Shown one piece after another: positions 12,595 to 48,469 of a stretch of DNA of 64,000 bases (positions are counted from its first letter, which is position 1; each line of letters starts with the position of its first letter). The stretch is from Macrostomum lignano (taxonomy: Eukaryota). The notes below the pieces were generated by a model. That model was not told the origin of the DNA. It was given only the letters and a program-made list of their open reading frames with translations, and searched no databases. The DNA lies in contig NIVC01000362.1 in assembly GCA_002269645.1 (NCBI GenBank), positions 62,001 through 126,000 on the forward strand, read 5' to 3'. The position numbers were made by a program, and so were the translations under genes.

Positions 12595-12719
12595 AATCGC
12601 CGATCAAGGGAGCCCATTTTGCCGATTGAGAGCTGCATTTCCCTGGAAGCTGGTTTGAAGGTAAATACCTGCCTAATTAAAGTACCAACACACTATTGTA
12701 TCGTGCGTAGGGTATGTGG

Positions 12720-12968
12720 TAGGGTACCAACACCTGTCTAATTAGGGTACCAACACGCAATTATATGGTAAACACCTGTCTAATTAGGGTACCAACACGC
12801 AATTATATGGTAAACACCTGTCTAATTAGGGTACCAACACGCAATTATATGGTAAACACCTGTCTAATTAGGGTACCAACACGCAATTATATGGTAAACA
12901 CCTGGCTAATTAGGGTACCAACACGCTATTATATCATAAACACCTGGCTAATTAGGGTACCAACACGC
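12720..12968. repeat. Minisatellite, 42-nt unit AACACCTGTCTAATTAGGGTACCAACACGCAATTATATGGTA
   Basis: About 6 copies downstream of EAAT-B. Confidence 0.9.
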
Positions 12969-14029
12969 AAGGACCATAAGGACCTGGAAAATTACGGAAC
13001 AAACTCACAATTATGAGCTTTGCAGTTGCAGGTGAAATAGTTTTGAAATTTGCATAAATACTTAAGATTAAACCCTTCTGAAGACCATTGTAAATGTTTT
13101 TCCTAACCGTAATTATTTTTTTCAGTTCCGAAAATCAACGAGTAATTAAGACTAACGAAATAAAAACTTAACTGACAAAAGCTTGTATCCATGGTATCTA
13201 AACTTATAACAAATATGCCACTTATTTGTTAATTTGTTTCAAGTTATTTTAAAGAAATTTTACAAATTTCTAGAGCTAATGTAGCTAAAATATAAACATT
13301 CAAGTCATCCATAAGAAATATTTGTTGGATACTACTAATAGATCCGCATTTTTAGTAATAGGACGCGTTTTTTCTAGTTTATTTACATCGAAATAAAAAC
13401 AAAACTTAGTTATAACTTTTTAAGTATTCACTTTTAAGGGAATGTAGCGTCTAGCGTTCACCAATATTACTGCTACAATTTAAAATAACAAAGAAATTCA
13501 ATGCGTAAAATACTTTAAAATTCCAAGATTATCGCAAAAAGTTTAATTTTGCGGGGTTTGATAAAAAACACAAGAAATGTTTTACGTGACCTGAATGGGC
13601 AGGTTATTAACATATGCATGGGTTTTGTCAATCAAATATTATCAATCATATATAGAGTATGACATCAAGCCACGTTATCAAAAAGCTACCATCAAGTAGT
13701 CATGATTCATTGGGAATAATCTTGCAAAATTACTTGTGAACTGAAGACGAAGTACAAAGTAACTGTTTGGGTCAATAAAGTTAGTGAAATTCAAGAGAAA
13801 ACATCTTAAATCAGTGACTGAAAACAACTTAATGCCATCGCCTTCGACCTCGAGTGAAAAAGGTGTTTTATAAACCTCGTGCAGACAGGATTTTTAACCG
13901 GAGAAATTATTGTTAAACAGGTAAAATTTCCCGTTGTCCAGCCAGGTAAGTGCCTGACTGACCAACAGGTAAAACAACGGTTAGCCAAACAGGTAAGTAG
14001 TACAGTTAAACCCCTGTCTACAACAGGTA

Positions 14030-14330
14030 AAACCTACTGGTAAAACCTACCGGTAAAACCTACCGGTAAAACCTACCGGTAAAACCTACCGGTAAAACCT
14101 ACCGGTAAAACCTACCGGTAAAACCTACCGGTAAAACCCACCGGTGAAAGCTACCGGTAAAACCTACCGGTAAAACCTACCGGTAAAACCTACCGGTAAA
14201 ACCTACCGGTAAAACCTACTGGTAAAACCCACCGGTGAAAGCTACCGGTAAAACCTACCGGTAAAACCTACCGGTAAAACCTACCGGTAAAACCCACCGG
14301 TAAAACCCACCGGTGAAAGCTATGGGTAAA
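14030..14330. repeat. Minisatellite, 13-nt unit TAAAACCTACCGG
   Basis: About 23 copies. Confidence 0.9.
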
Positions 14331-14558
14331 ACCTACTGTTTAAACCTACATTTAAAATATAACGGTGAAACCTATACAGGTAAAAACCACCGGTTAAACC
14401 TACAGGTTATACCCACCGGTGGTAAAACCTACAGGTAAAAACCACCAGTAAAACCTATAGGTTGAAACCCAATGATAAGCTCAATGATAACTGGTACCAA
14501 CAATAAATATCATTCTTTAATCCCAGAATAAGATCAACAAGTCCCTTTAGTTTCAAAA

Positions 14559-34881
<20,323 letters not shown>

Positions 34882-36848
34882 TATTTTGGATGGACTGAAA
34901 AAAAACAAAGAAAATGTATCATTATTTTGCGTGCATAAGCAAAACAGAGGCATGAAACTTTTTTAAATGCAAACAAAAAAGTCATGTGTTCTACATAATT
35001 TATTTTTTACATGCATAAATAAGTAAGTTGACATTAGAAAATGGTCAATGTCTATGTAAAGATTGACAAGTTATTGTGAAGAGATATAAAAATTGACAAT
35101 ACATCAGTCCTTGAATACCTATTTACCTGATGTCCAAAAATATAAAAAGAAATTTACCCTTAACAAAAATGATTTAATATTGTTACTATACTGCTATTGC
35201 AGATTCCAAATTTTTTAAACTTTGAACTACTGTTATACTGTTATGCTACTTTTTGATCCCAATTGAGTATAGAATTTCTTAAGCAGAATTTAACAATTAT
35301 ACAAACAATAGATATCATACAACAATATATATTTCTAGGCTGCTGCGAGTTAGAAAATAAAATAAATGCTTGATTAGCTTAGAGAGCTAATCAGTCACTA
35401 AATAAGTGACTTTGCTTACAAAAGGAGATTAAAATAAACGTTGTCTCTAAACTTTCACACAAAGTAAACGCGCTGCTTTTATCGAAGCTGCAACGGTGTA
35501 AATCTGAAATTAATCTATGGAAATATTCCATGTTAAATTTAGTACAAGCAGTTTAGCTAAAATAATTTCATAGTATCTTAATACTGTTTAAACTTAGGTT
35601 TAAAAAAGTTAAAATTTTATTAAAACTGAATTTAAGCTAAACTATGCAATACAACTTTCTGCACTTCGTTTGTTATACTATAAAAACCAAATGTAGCATT
35701 CCAAGCCGCAAAACTTTTAATTGGCATAGAGTTTTTTACAAATGGTAACACATCTATTAAAGCATCATTTTTATGCAGGAAGGAAATATTGTTATTTGTA
35801 ATCAACAAATGCAGGTAGAATAAATTCAATATTATTTTCACTGCGAAAATGTGAAGAAATTTTCCGGAACCACTTCAAGAATTTGAGTTCATGTTGCTTT
35901 GCAGAATAAAACAAATGTGTTTTTATATATCGCTTATTTAACTAGAACGCGTTAAATAAATCCGTCTAGTACTCTAATAAATACAAAAATACATAGTGGG
36001 TTAGCTGTTGACCATTGTCTTTATTGTACCTTAAAGTGACAGTGTCAACCAATTTTAAAATGGAGAATGAAGCTCCATTTTTCACACTATTCCATTTTCC
36101 ATTTCCATGTTTTTTCATTTTCAATTCTCCATGTTTTTGATTGTGAAAAAGCATTAAGTTTTTAACGCTAGACCCAACGATAAAATCTCCAGGTTGTTGT
36201 TCGTCCTGGTGAAACATATATATGAAGCTATCTTCGACGATCCATAAACATTTAAATTGTATCATCCAGGAAAAATTAAGCTGCCTTATTCTTTAAATTT
36301 AGGTACTTGTATAAGTGCATTGAGATTACTGAGAATGCGAATTTTTCGCTACGAAGTTGCTTTCATCCCTTTTTAGTTTGGGTTTAGTTTAGGTTTCACT
36401 AATCTGACTATATTTGGCAATTTGCATATATTGTTGATCAAACAATAAATTTAAAAGTTGTCCTACAGAATTCTTATTTTAATTTAATGCCACACAAGAC
36501 ACAGCAATCTATTAATCAAGAAGTAAATACAAAAAATTGTTTTAACGAATTCAAATTTTAATAACTATTTTTTTAGCCAATGAATATTTTATAAGATTAT
36601 TCGCTTAGTAACATGGAGCAAATTTATTTTTTATAATATTTAGTATATAGAAATTTATTTTTTGGTTAAACATGTAACCAGTCTATAATTACTATACATT
36701 GCTTTAGTTCTGTATCTGATGAGCAGTTATATTAGGATTATGAAAAATAAACCAACTGCTATTCAACAAATAGAGTAATTACTTTGTACTCATTCAGTCA
36801 AATGATGTACTAGGTAGAATAATTCAAAGATGAAATGTCCTTTTCAAG

Positions 36849-37317
36849 GAACCGGCACCAGCTGATCCCAATCAAGGAGGCGACGCCGTCCCCGAAGATG
36901 GAACAGCGGTGGACCACGCCGCGGTGCTGAAGCAGTACTTGGGCGCCCAGGCGGCCGATGACATTCTGCACCCAAAGCCGCAGGTTGACACCCAGACGCA
37001 GCAGATGTATCGCGATAAGACGGCCACCACACTGAAGAGCGTCGCCTCCGATGCCAACGACGTCTGGGGCAGCCTGCGAGCCGAGTCGCGCGCCAGAGTG
37101 GCTCAGAGAAGCCAGGAGGAGGCGGACAGGCTGCGAGAGGCTTACAACACCTACGCCAGGGACTGCATCGCCAGGCGAATGGCACCCGTGCCGCGGATGT
37201 TCGGCGACGACGACTACGGCGAGTTTAGAAAGATGCTGGCGAATCCGAGATCGCGACCGGCGCTCGAAAGACGGCGAAGGAAAGAGGTGGGTCTGCCTGT
37301 CTGTCTGTCTGCCTGCC

Positions 37318-37370
<53 letters not shown>

Positions 37371-38381
37371 TCTGTGTCCATCTATATCTTAATGCTTTCT
37401 GCCTTGTTATCCTTGATAATTAAAATTATTCCAAGGCATGCTACCTTCAATGCTACCTTCAATTTTCCTCATCAAAAACCGCCCACCGAACCATCAGGTG
37501 ATGTACCGACAAGCGCAGCTGCACCGAGACACCTATCAGATGCTGACGCACAACAATCCACTGCCCGCTTTGGCAGTTGGCGGCACCAGCTGCCATGACA
37601 ACAATGAGTCGGCAGTCGAAGACGAGTGGTGCAACTTGGCGTCGGTCGTTTCTTGGTGTCCAAATCGGCTCGAGAGGCGGCAGCTCAGACGGCTCCGGAG
37701 GCTTATCAGGTGTTCGACGTGACTAGAAAATATGACCAGCTGGAGCTGGCGGCTCTACACACAGGCAGCCGGTTGCAACCGATCACAGAGGAAAATAATC
37801 CCTACCTGATGAGGGATATGGACAGCGCTGGCCGAAGGAAATTGCGCGGCAGCTACGACAGCCTGCGCTACCGTCTGGTTGACGAAACTGACGCTGCCAG
37901 AGGCTTGGCCGGCCAGGGCGGCCATCAGTCGTTGCGATTCAGCGAACGATTTGCCGCCGAGTACGCCGCCGACCACGACCCGATGTCGGTGATTGTCAAG
38001 CAGAACGAGGACAGGCGGCAGGCGCGATCAAGGCGGTCGGCGTTGGCGGCGGCGACTGCGTCGGCTCTGGAGGCTCCGTCTAGACGGCTGCTGCCACCGC
38101 TGGCTCAACAGCAGCAGCAGTCGGCTCCGACAACTCAACTGGAACGCCGACGCAGGCTGATGCAGCTGTACGGCGTCGGGGACACCGGCTGGCAGCCGTT
38201 GAGTCTTGGCGCCCTGCTGGACTATGCCAGCGACTTGGCGCCAACCTCTGCGGCGGCGCCTGACACTGGCGGAGCCGCGTCCAGCGCGTTCCGTTTCGGT
38301 CGGGTGCCGGTGTGGAAAACCGACAGCGTGCCGCCGCCGCTGCTGTCGGGCCCGTCGGCTGTCGCTGCGGCTGAGAAGTGA
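36849..38381 (+). CDS. TSGA13-like uncharacterised protein; at least 2 exons, start unresolved, apparent frameshift in 37599-37720
   Basis: Open exon 36849-37286 (donor GAG|GTGGGT), then 37498-38381. C-terminus WQPLSLGALLDY...SAFRFGRVPVW resembles the TSGA13 C-terminal motif as I recall it. GC-rich coding composition against AT-rich flanks. Confidence 0.55.
37290..37372. repeat. Microsatellite (GTCT)n
   Basis: Immediately after the donor at 37287. Confidence 0.9.
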
Positions 38382-39378
38382 ACTTTCGATTTTATTTGAC
38401 TTTCAATTTTAAAATGCGAGTTTTCGCACTACTTTTAGTAGAATAGATTCGGTCAACTCTAGCTGTGATGCCTGACTGCTTGAAGTCAGAATGTAGGAAT
38501 TTGTCTCTCGCTGAGAAATGTGACGCTTTGGTTGTCAGAAGGTGACAGTTTGTGACTAGCAGGAGGTGACAATTTGTAATTCTTGGAAGATGACAGTTTG
38601 AGGGTGTCAAAAAATCGACTGGTTTGCTTTCTTGAAAAGTACATTTTGTTTTAATTGTCCGTCTGTTTTACATTTTATTCAATGGCTTTCTAATCCTGCT
38701 CACTGAAAGTGGCTATATTTAAAAATATGTTTATATAAATAATCACGGATATATTATACAATATTTTTTTACAATTTGGCTATAGTTTCACATGGATCAC
38801 TTTATTAATTAAAACAAATTAAATAATGCTTCCTTTAGTTTAGCAATCCCACAGATGGTATTTTTCCTCCCTAAAATTTCTTCCTTGCCCGTTTCTTTTG
38901 AATCAAAAATATTTTTGGCGTAAAATTTTAATGTACCTTTGTTATGCTCAAATGAGTTTTAAAAGTTGAAAAATCTTATTTTGTAGTGTAATACAAAACG
39001 TCAGAAAACCGCTCACACTGGTAGATTATTTATAGTGCTTCAACTTTGTCACACTTCCTTTAAATTCTTGTACGAATAATTGTACAATTTATTTTTGTAC
39101 GCTTATCACTTCCAAGATTTTAATGTTGAAAACTTTAAGTATATTGACAAATATGAACTTTAAATCAAAAGTACTCAAGATACGAGTATTCATTGTTTTT
39201 ATTTCACAGAACTAGAAGTCGTTTGTTCTTTATTTTATTTCAATAAGAATTTCTCAGTAAAAGTGTGATTACTTACTCTTATATCACCGTATTTAAATTA
39301 CATATTTTAATTGAAAAAAACAAACTTTAACGTTATAACACTTCCGATTTCAGAGCAAAGTAAAACAAATCCAATAAA

Positions 39379-41706
<2,328 letters not shown>

Positions 41707-41839
41707 CCTGAGCAGATGCCGCTCGGTGGAGTGAAAACTGCACGTGGCTATGATTTAGCCAGCCAGCGGGTTACAACTTGCGTCTGTGTGTTAAAGTACA
41801 CTTTGCAAAAATTTTCGGGCACAAAAGGATAAGAACAAA

Positions 41840-42122
41840 GGCAGACAGACAGACAAACAAACAGATAGACAGACACAGACAGACAGACAGACAGACACAC
41901 AGACATACAGACAGACAGACAGACAGGCAGACAGACAGACAGACACACAGACAGACAGACAGACACACAGACAGACAGACAAACAGACACACAGACAGAC
42001 AGACAGACAGACACACAGACATACAGACAGACAGGCAGACACACAGACAGACAGACAGACAGACATACAGACAGACAGACATACAGACAGACAGACAGAC
42101 AGGCAGACAGACAGACAGACAC

Positions 42123-42153
<31 letters not shown>

Positions 42154-42425
42154 CACAGACAAACAGACACACAGACAGACAGACAGACAGACACACAGAC
42201 ATACAGACAGACAGGCAGACACACAGACAGACAGACAGACAGACATACAGACAGACAGACAGACAGACAGACACACAGACAGACAGACAAACAGACACAC
42301 AGACAGACAGACAGACAGATACACAGACATACAGACAGACAGACAGACAGGCAGACACACAGACAGACAGACAGACAGACAGACACACAGACAGACAGAC
42401 AGACAGACAGACAGGCAGACAGACA
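41840..42425. repeat. Microsatellite (ACAG)n
   Basis: Downstream of the STI1-domain gene stop. Confidence 0.95.
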
Positions 42426-43064
42426 TTACAGAACACTTAGGACACAAAGACAGGCGAATACAAGCAGTGACACACAGACAGGTGCAAAGGTTAAACACCA
42501 AGTAAGTTAGCTATGATTAATACTATGTCATATTAATACTCGTAAAATAATAATGTTGAACATTACTGAAGAGGTTTTTAAAGAATTATATAAGCTGTTT
42601 TTTTAGCCAAGCAATGTGCCTGATGAACAGTTATCAAGTTCATCTCATTTGTGAATTAATACATAATCATAAGCCCACTGCATGCCTACATATTGTTAGA
42701 TGCATAATCAATGCTTTCCATCGTAATATATAAATAAAAGCATCGGTTTTCTTAATGTGCTACTTAGTTTCAAAGTTTTTTTCTCACTAATTGATATGCA
42801 ATTTGTCATGCAATTGAAGTTGCTTTAGTTGTTACTAAATGCCAATTTATTTTGCATTAAAATGCTATGTTAAAAGAGAGAAAATTATATATATATATAT
42901 ATATATAAATTCGTCAGTTAATGGACTGAATAGATGCGGTAAGCGCAGTGCTGTACAAATAAATTTTACGAAAATAATTTGCCGATAATAAATTTAAAAG
43001 TACTACAAAACATTAATTACTACGCTAGTATCGGTTAACAGATGGGACTGGCACATAATTTCGA

Positions 43065-43425
43065 ATGAGAATCTCATGCCTGTCTCAAACCTAACAAATA
43101 AAGAATCTCATGCCTGACTAAAACAGACTAATACGAGAATCTCATGTCTGACTAAAACAGACTAATATGAGAATCTCATGCCTGACTAAAACAGACTAAT
43201 ATGAGAATCTCATGCCTGATTCAAACCTAACAAATAAAGAATCTCATGCCTGACTCAAACCTAACAATCCATGAATCTCATGCCTGACTCAAACCTAACA
43301 ATAGGAGAATCACATGCCTGACTAAAACAGACTAATACAAGAATCTCATGCCTGACTAAAACAGACTAATACGAGAATCTCATGCCTGACTAAAACAGAC
43401 TAATACGAGAATCTCATGCCTGACA
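43065..43425. repeat. Minisatellite, 34-nt unit GAATCTCATGCCTGACTAAAACAGACTAATACGA
   Basis: Abuts the TAF1C-like stop codon. Confidence 0.9.
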
Positions 43426-43426
43426 C

Positions 43427-46400
43427 TCAAGCAGCAGAAGAGTCGGCATTGAAGATGTCAGAATCGGCAGCCGGAGTGTCAGTGCCGGCAGCAGCAGCGG
43501 CGGCCTCCTCAGCCCTCTGAATTTCCAGCGCTTCAAACGCAGCCAGCCGCTTCTTAACCGCCGCAGTCGGGTCCTGGCCGTGCCACAGCTTAGCCAGCAC
43601 CAGGGAGCCGGGCTCCAGCTCAGCCTGCTCCTCCGCGGTGCAATATTCTTTAATGCCAAGATGCGGCAATGAATCAGGCGTCCGGCGGTCAGCCGACAAA
43701 CTCAACGGCGGCCGCTGATTCAGAATATTTGAACGCAACTTTTCAACAATATCGCCATCTTCGATTGGCAGTTTAAACGACAACAGAGATGCCGCTTGTT
43801 TAGCTGGCAATCTTGATTTACGACATTGTTTATTATTTAATTTGATAGTAGCTTTTCTAGCTACTAATTCTTCTTCTGTAGCAGTAGTATCGGTAGTGCA
43901 TTTGAGGTGTTGAAGGCACAGCCGGCCACGGCCGGTGAACCGCAGCATTAGTACATCGCCTTCGTTGGAGTCTCGGTGGATGGCCGCCAGACCGCGGAGG
44001 CCGTCAAGTGAGGCGCCGGCAGATCCCGCAGCCGGTGGCCGCAGCGGCAGCAGTCGAGACTCCGAGCTGATTCGCGGAGGCAGCGACTGGTCGGCGGCCT
44101 GGAGGCGGACAGCGGCGATGTCACCTGTGGTCTGCGGGGGCGGGTGAGAGGTGCAAGCACGCATTTTAATCTCTTAATTGAAAAAGCAAACGAATTGCAT
44201 GCACGGCTTGGGAAAAACAGACAATAAATGATTAGAATCTCCCACCTGACTGATTAGAATCACCCACCTGACTGATTAGAATCACCCACCTGACTGATTA
44301 GAATCACCCACCTGACTGATTAGAATCACCCACCTGACTGATTAGAATCACCCACCTGACTGATTAGAATCACCCGTCTGACTGATTAGAATCAACCACC
44401 TGACTGATTAGAATCACCCACCTTACTGATTAGAATCATCCACCTGACCAATCAGAGAATCACCCACCTGACCAATCAGAGAATCACTCACCTGACCAAT
44501 CAGAGAATCACTCACCTGACCAATCAGAGAATCACTCACCTGACCAATCAGAGAATCACTCTCCTGACCAATCAGAGAATCACTCACCTGACCAATCAGA
44601 GAATCACTCACCTGACCAATCAGAGAATCACTCACCTGACCAATCAGAGAATCACTCACCTGACCAATCAGAGAATCACTCACCTGACCAATCAGAGAAT
44701 CACTCACCTGACCAATCAGAGAATCACTCACCTGAACAATCAGAGAATCACTCCAGCCTGACCAATCAGAGAATCACTCCAGCCTGACCAATCAGAGAAT
44801 CAATCACCTGACCAATCAGAGAATCACTCACCTGACCAATCAGAGAATCACTCACCTGAACAATCAGAGAATCACTCCAGCCTGACCAATCAGAGAATCA
44901 CTCCAGCCTGACCAATCAGAGAATCACTCACCTGACCAATCAGAGAATCACTCTCCTGACCAATCAGAGAATCAATCACCTGACCAATCAGAGAATCAAT
45001 CACCTGACCAATCAGAGAATCACTCACCTGAACAATCAGAGAATTACTCACCTGACCAATCAGAGAATTACTCACCTGACCAATCAGAGAATCACTCACC
45101 TGACCAATCAGAGAATCACTCACCTGACCAATCAGAGAATCACTCACCTGACCAATCAGAGAATCACTCCAGCCTGACTCACCTGAGCACCAAGCAGCAG
45201 CAGTTCGCTGGGCTCGGACAGCCATCTGGCAAAGGTGGGCGCCCCATGCAACGGACACCTGGTGTGCAGCAAACACCGGTTGCCTGTCATTCTATTGTCC
45301 ACAAGTCTCAGGTTGCCCTCCGACCCGATCAGATGCCCGTGCGGACCCACACTGACTCGACAGCGAAGCCGCTCAGGCGACTTGCCCGACGGCAGTTCAA
45401 GCAGCCGGACGCCAGCGGCAGCTGTCGGAGGCGACCGCAGATCGCTGAGCTCGGCAAGGCGGCCGCCCACGCAGATCAGGCTGCGATGATGGGCGCCGAT
45501 GCTGGCGCTGGCCCAGGCTTCTCCTGGCGCCCACGGAGCCAGCTGATCTGCTGGAAACTGCCGGCTCCATCGACAAGCGGCGCCGGTGGTTTCAAATCCG
45601 CGAGTATCCCACAGCTTAGCAACCAGATTGGAGTCCATAGTAACCACTTCGCCAGGTATGTGAGGATTCAGCGAAGTCGATAGCAATCTTATTGACGAGC
45701 TTGTTGTTGAGGCTGGTGAAGATTCTGCGATCGGCGATACGATGGCGGGTTCAGCTGCATCGATGGCGGCTGAGCGGAACAGCTGCGGATGATCGAGTTT
45801 TGCTATTATTTGCTATTATCCTTATTCTTAGCAGCTAGCTAGAGATGTGATAGAGATGTTACAACAGTGCTAGTTTTTATTTATTATTTAGTTTATATGT
45901 AGTAAGAGCGCACTAATCGATTCACTTATGAAGCTACCCATCAGATAACTCACTTACTCATTCACATTTTCACTCGCTGACTTACTCACTCACTCATTCA
46001 CTCACTCATTCACTCATTCATTCACCCATTCACTCACTCACTCACTCACTCACTCACTTACTTACTTACTCACTCACTCACTCACTCACTCACTCACTCA
46101 ATCACTCACTCACTCATTCATTGATTTACTCACTTATTCACTTACTCATACACTCATTCATTTACTCACCCACTCATTCATTCACTCAATCATTCATTCA
46201 TTTACTCACACACCCATTCACTGACTCACCCATTCACTCACTCACCCATTCACTGACTCACCCATTCACTCACTCACCCATTCACTGACTCACCCATTCA
46301 CTCACTCCCTCACTCACTCATTCATTCCCTTACTCATTGATTCATTTATCACTCACTCACTCACTCACTCCCTCACTCACTCACTCACTCCCTCACTCAC

Positions 46401-48469
46401 TCACTCACTCATTCATTCCCTTACTCATTGATTCATTTATCACTCACTCACTCACTCACTCAGTCACTCACTCACTCACTTACTCATTCACTCACTCACT
46501 CACTCACTCACTCACTCAGTCACTCACTCACTCAGTCACTCACTCACTCAGTCACTCACTCACTCACTTACTCATTCACTCACTCACTCACTCACTCACT
46601 CACTCACTCACTCACTTACTCACTCATTCATTCACTCTCACTCACTCACTCATTCACTCTCACTCACTCACTCACTCACTCACTCACTCACTCACTCACC
46701 CACCCACCCACCTGAAAGCGGTCTTTCCGCCTAACAGCAATCATGAGTCCGCCGGCGCCGTCGCCCTTAGCGTCGCCCACAATTTCGTAGATCTGTCCTT
46801 CGCCACTGTCGCCGACGTTGCCACTAGTAACCGAAGACGCCGAGGTCCAACGAGTAACGAGTCTCCAGGAGGCGTCGTTTCTGCTACTAGACTGACGTCG
46901 TCGACTTAATCTTCGACGTTTGCTCATTCGATCACGCTTGAGAGTCGACACGCGCAAAGTGTCAAGGTTGGCACCGGAAGCGTTGGCAACAAGGAAAGAA
47001 TCTGACTGAGCTGATCCGGCAGTCGCTGAGGCCCACACTGTGCCGCTGCCGCAGTGACGCCCGGAGACCGCGCCGATCATGCGGTCGGCCAAGGACTCGG
47101 GATTCAATGGGTCGATGCCGAGTGCGTCAACGCCTGTAGATTTGTTCGACAAAATATGGAGATTTTGAATGGAAATAATTTTACGGAAACTTCTTAAAGA
47201 TAGTTATTACTTACGGGTTGAATTGTGCTACATATATATACATATAGCCATGTATGTAAGGCAATTAAGGGTTTTTCAATACATACGAGCGTCAAGTGAA
47301 ACGTCAGGTGAAACGTCAAGTGACTCGTATCTTTAAGTGAAACGTCTTTCGATACATATCGGCAAGTAAAGGGTTTGTCGATACATATCGTCAAGTGAAA
47401 CGTCTTTTGATAAATATCGGAAAGTAGTGTTTGTCGATACATATCGGCAAGTGAACGTCTTTTGATACATATCGGCAAGTGAAACATCTTCGATACATAT
47501 TGGCAAGTAAAGGTTTTGTCGATACATATCGTCAAGTGAAACGTCTTTCGATACATATCGGAAAGTAAATTGTTTGTCGATACATATCGGCTCGTACAAA
47601 AGCCGCAGTCGTCCCTGTCTCACCAGCATCAGCATCCTGGGCGTCAGACGGTGGCGTCGCAGTCAAAAACTGGGTAATGTGCAGCGGCAGTCGAGCCAGT
47701 CTGGCAAGCGGAAAGTCCGCCAGACTGGTCGCCTCGGCCATCTCCCGGAGTAGGTCGCGGGCGGACTCCACTCCAGTCAGACTGGACGCAGCCGGACGTC
47801 CGCCAAAGTGTCGGCCAGCTGTGGAGGCGGCCACGCAGGCCAGTCGGACCTGACGGTGGCGCTCCCGGCTGCACGGCCAGCCGGAGCCGGCGAAGCGCAC
47901 CGGTTCGGCGCTTAGACAGACTGGGGCGCCGACAATGCGGTAGGGCAGCGGTTCGAAACTGGCAACCTACCGGTGCGGTTGAAAAAACAGGCTTTCGATA
48001 CATATCGGCAAGTTAAGTGTATTTTCGATACATATCGGCCAGTAAAGTGTATTTTTGATACCTATTAAAATGTTTAGATTTTTTTCGATACATATCGGCA
48101 AGTTGTATATTTTCTATACATATTAGCATTTTTAGATGTATTTTAGATACATATCGGCAAGTTAAGTGCATCTTCGATACATATCGCAAGTGAGGTGTAT
48201 TTTGAATTAATATCGGCAACTAAAGTGTACTTTACTAAAGTGTACATATCGGCAACTTAAGTGTATTTTCTATACATATCGGCAGGAGTGTGGCATAGCT
48301 TTACCTGGGTCAGAGACTCGCCGTGGCCGCCGATGTGACCCAAGTCTGCGTAGGTAGCCTGGCCAAAAGCGGGCGCTTTCGACCTGTCCGAGGCCAAATA
48401 GTTGCGACAGTAGTGGCCCCGGCCGTCGTCCTCCGGCCAGAATTGGGGAAAATTGAACTTGGGAAACAT
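43427..48469 (-). CDS. TAF1C: TAF1C-like (RNA polymerase I SL1 complex subunit C); 5 coding exons
   Basis: Exons (minus) 48469-48305, 47966-47624, 47133-46712, 45782-45183, 44131-43427, with consistent phases. SLNPHIPGEVV...KLWD, LRLVDNR, LLLGAQ, DQSLPPRISS and GLAAI...LMLRFTGRG align by eye to the TAF1C beta-propeller motifs (SLSPHLPGEL, LYLVDER, LLLGGQ, PQSLPSRIDS). Confidence 0.72.
44235..45182. repeat. Two related minisatellites, 22-nt (ATCACCCACCTGACTGATTAGA) and 24-nt (CACTCACCTGACCAATCAGAGAAT)
   Basis: Fill TAF1C intron 4; units read CAG-GTGGGT or CAG-GTGAGT on the gene strand. Confidence 0.95.
45945..46711. repeat. Microsatellite (TCAC)n, equal to (GTGA)n on the gene strand
   Basis: TAF1C intron 3, starting at the donor. 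Confidence 0.95.
47335..47590. repeat. Minisatellite, about 29-nt unit with core GATACATATCGGCAAG
   Basis: TAF1C intron 2. Confidence 0.85.
47990..48285. repeat. Minisatellite with core GATACATATCGGCAAG (same family as 47335-47590)
   Basis: TAF1C intron 1. Confidence 0.85.
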
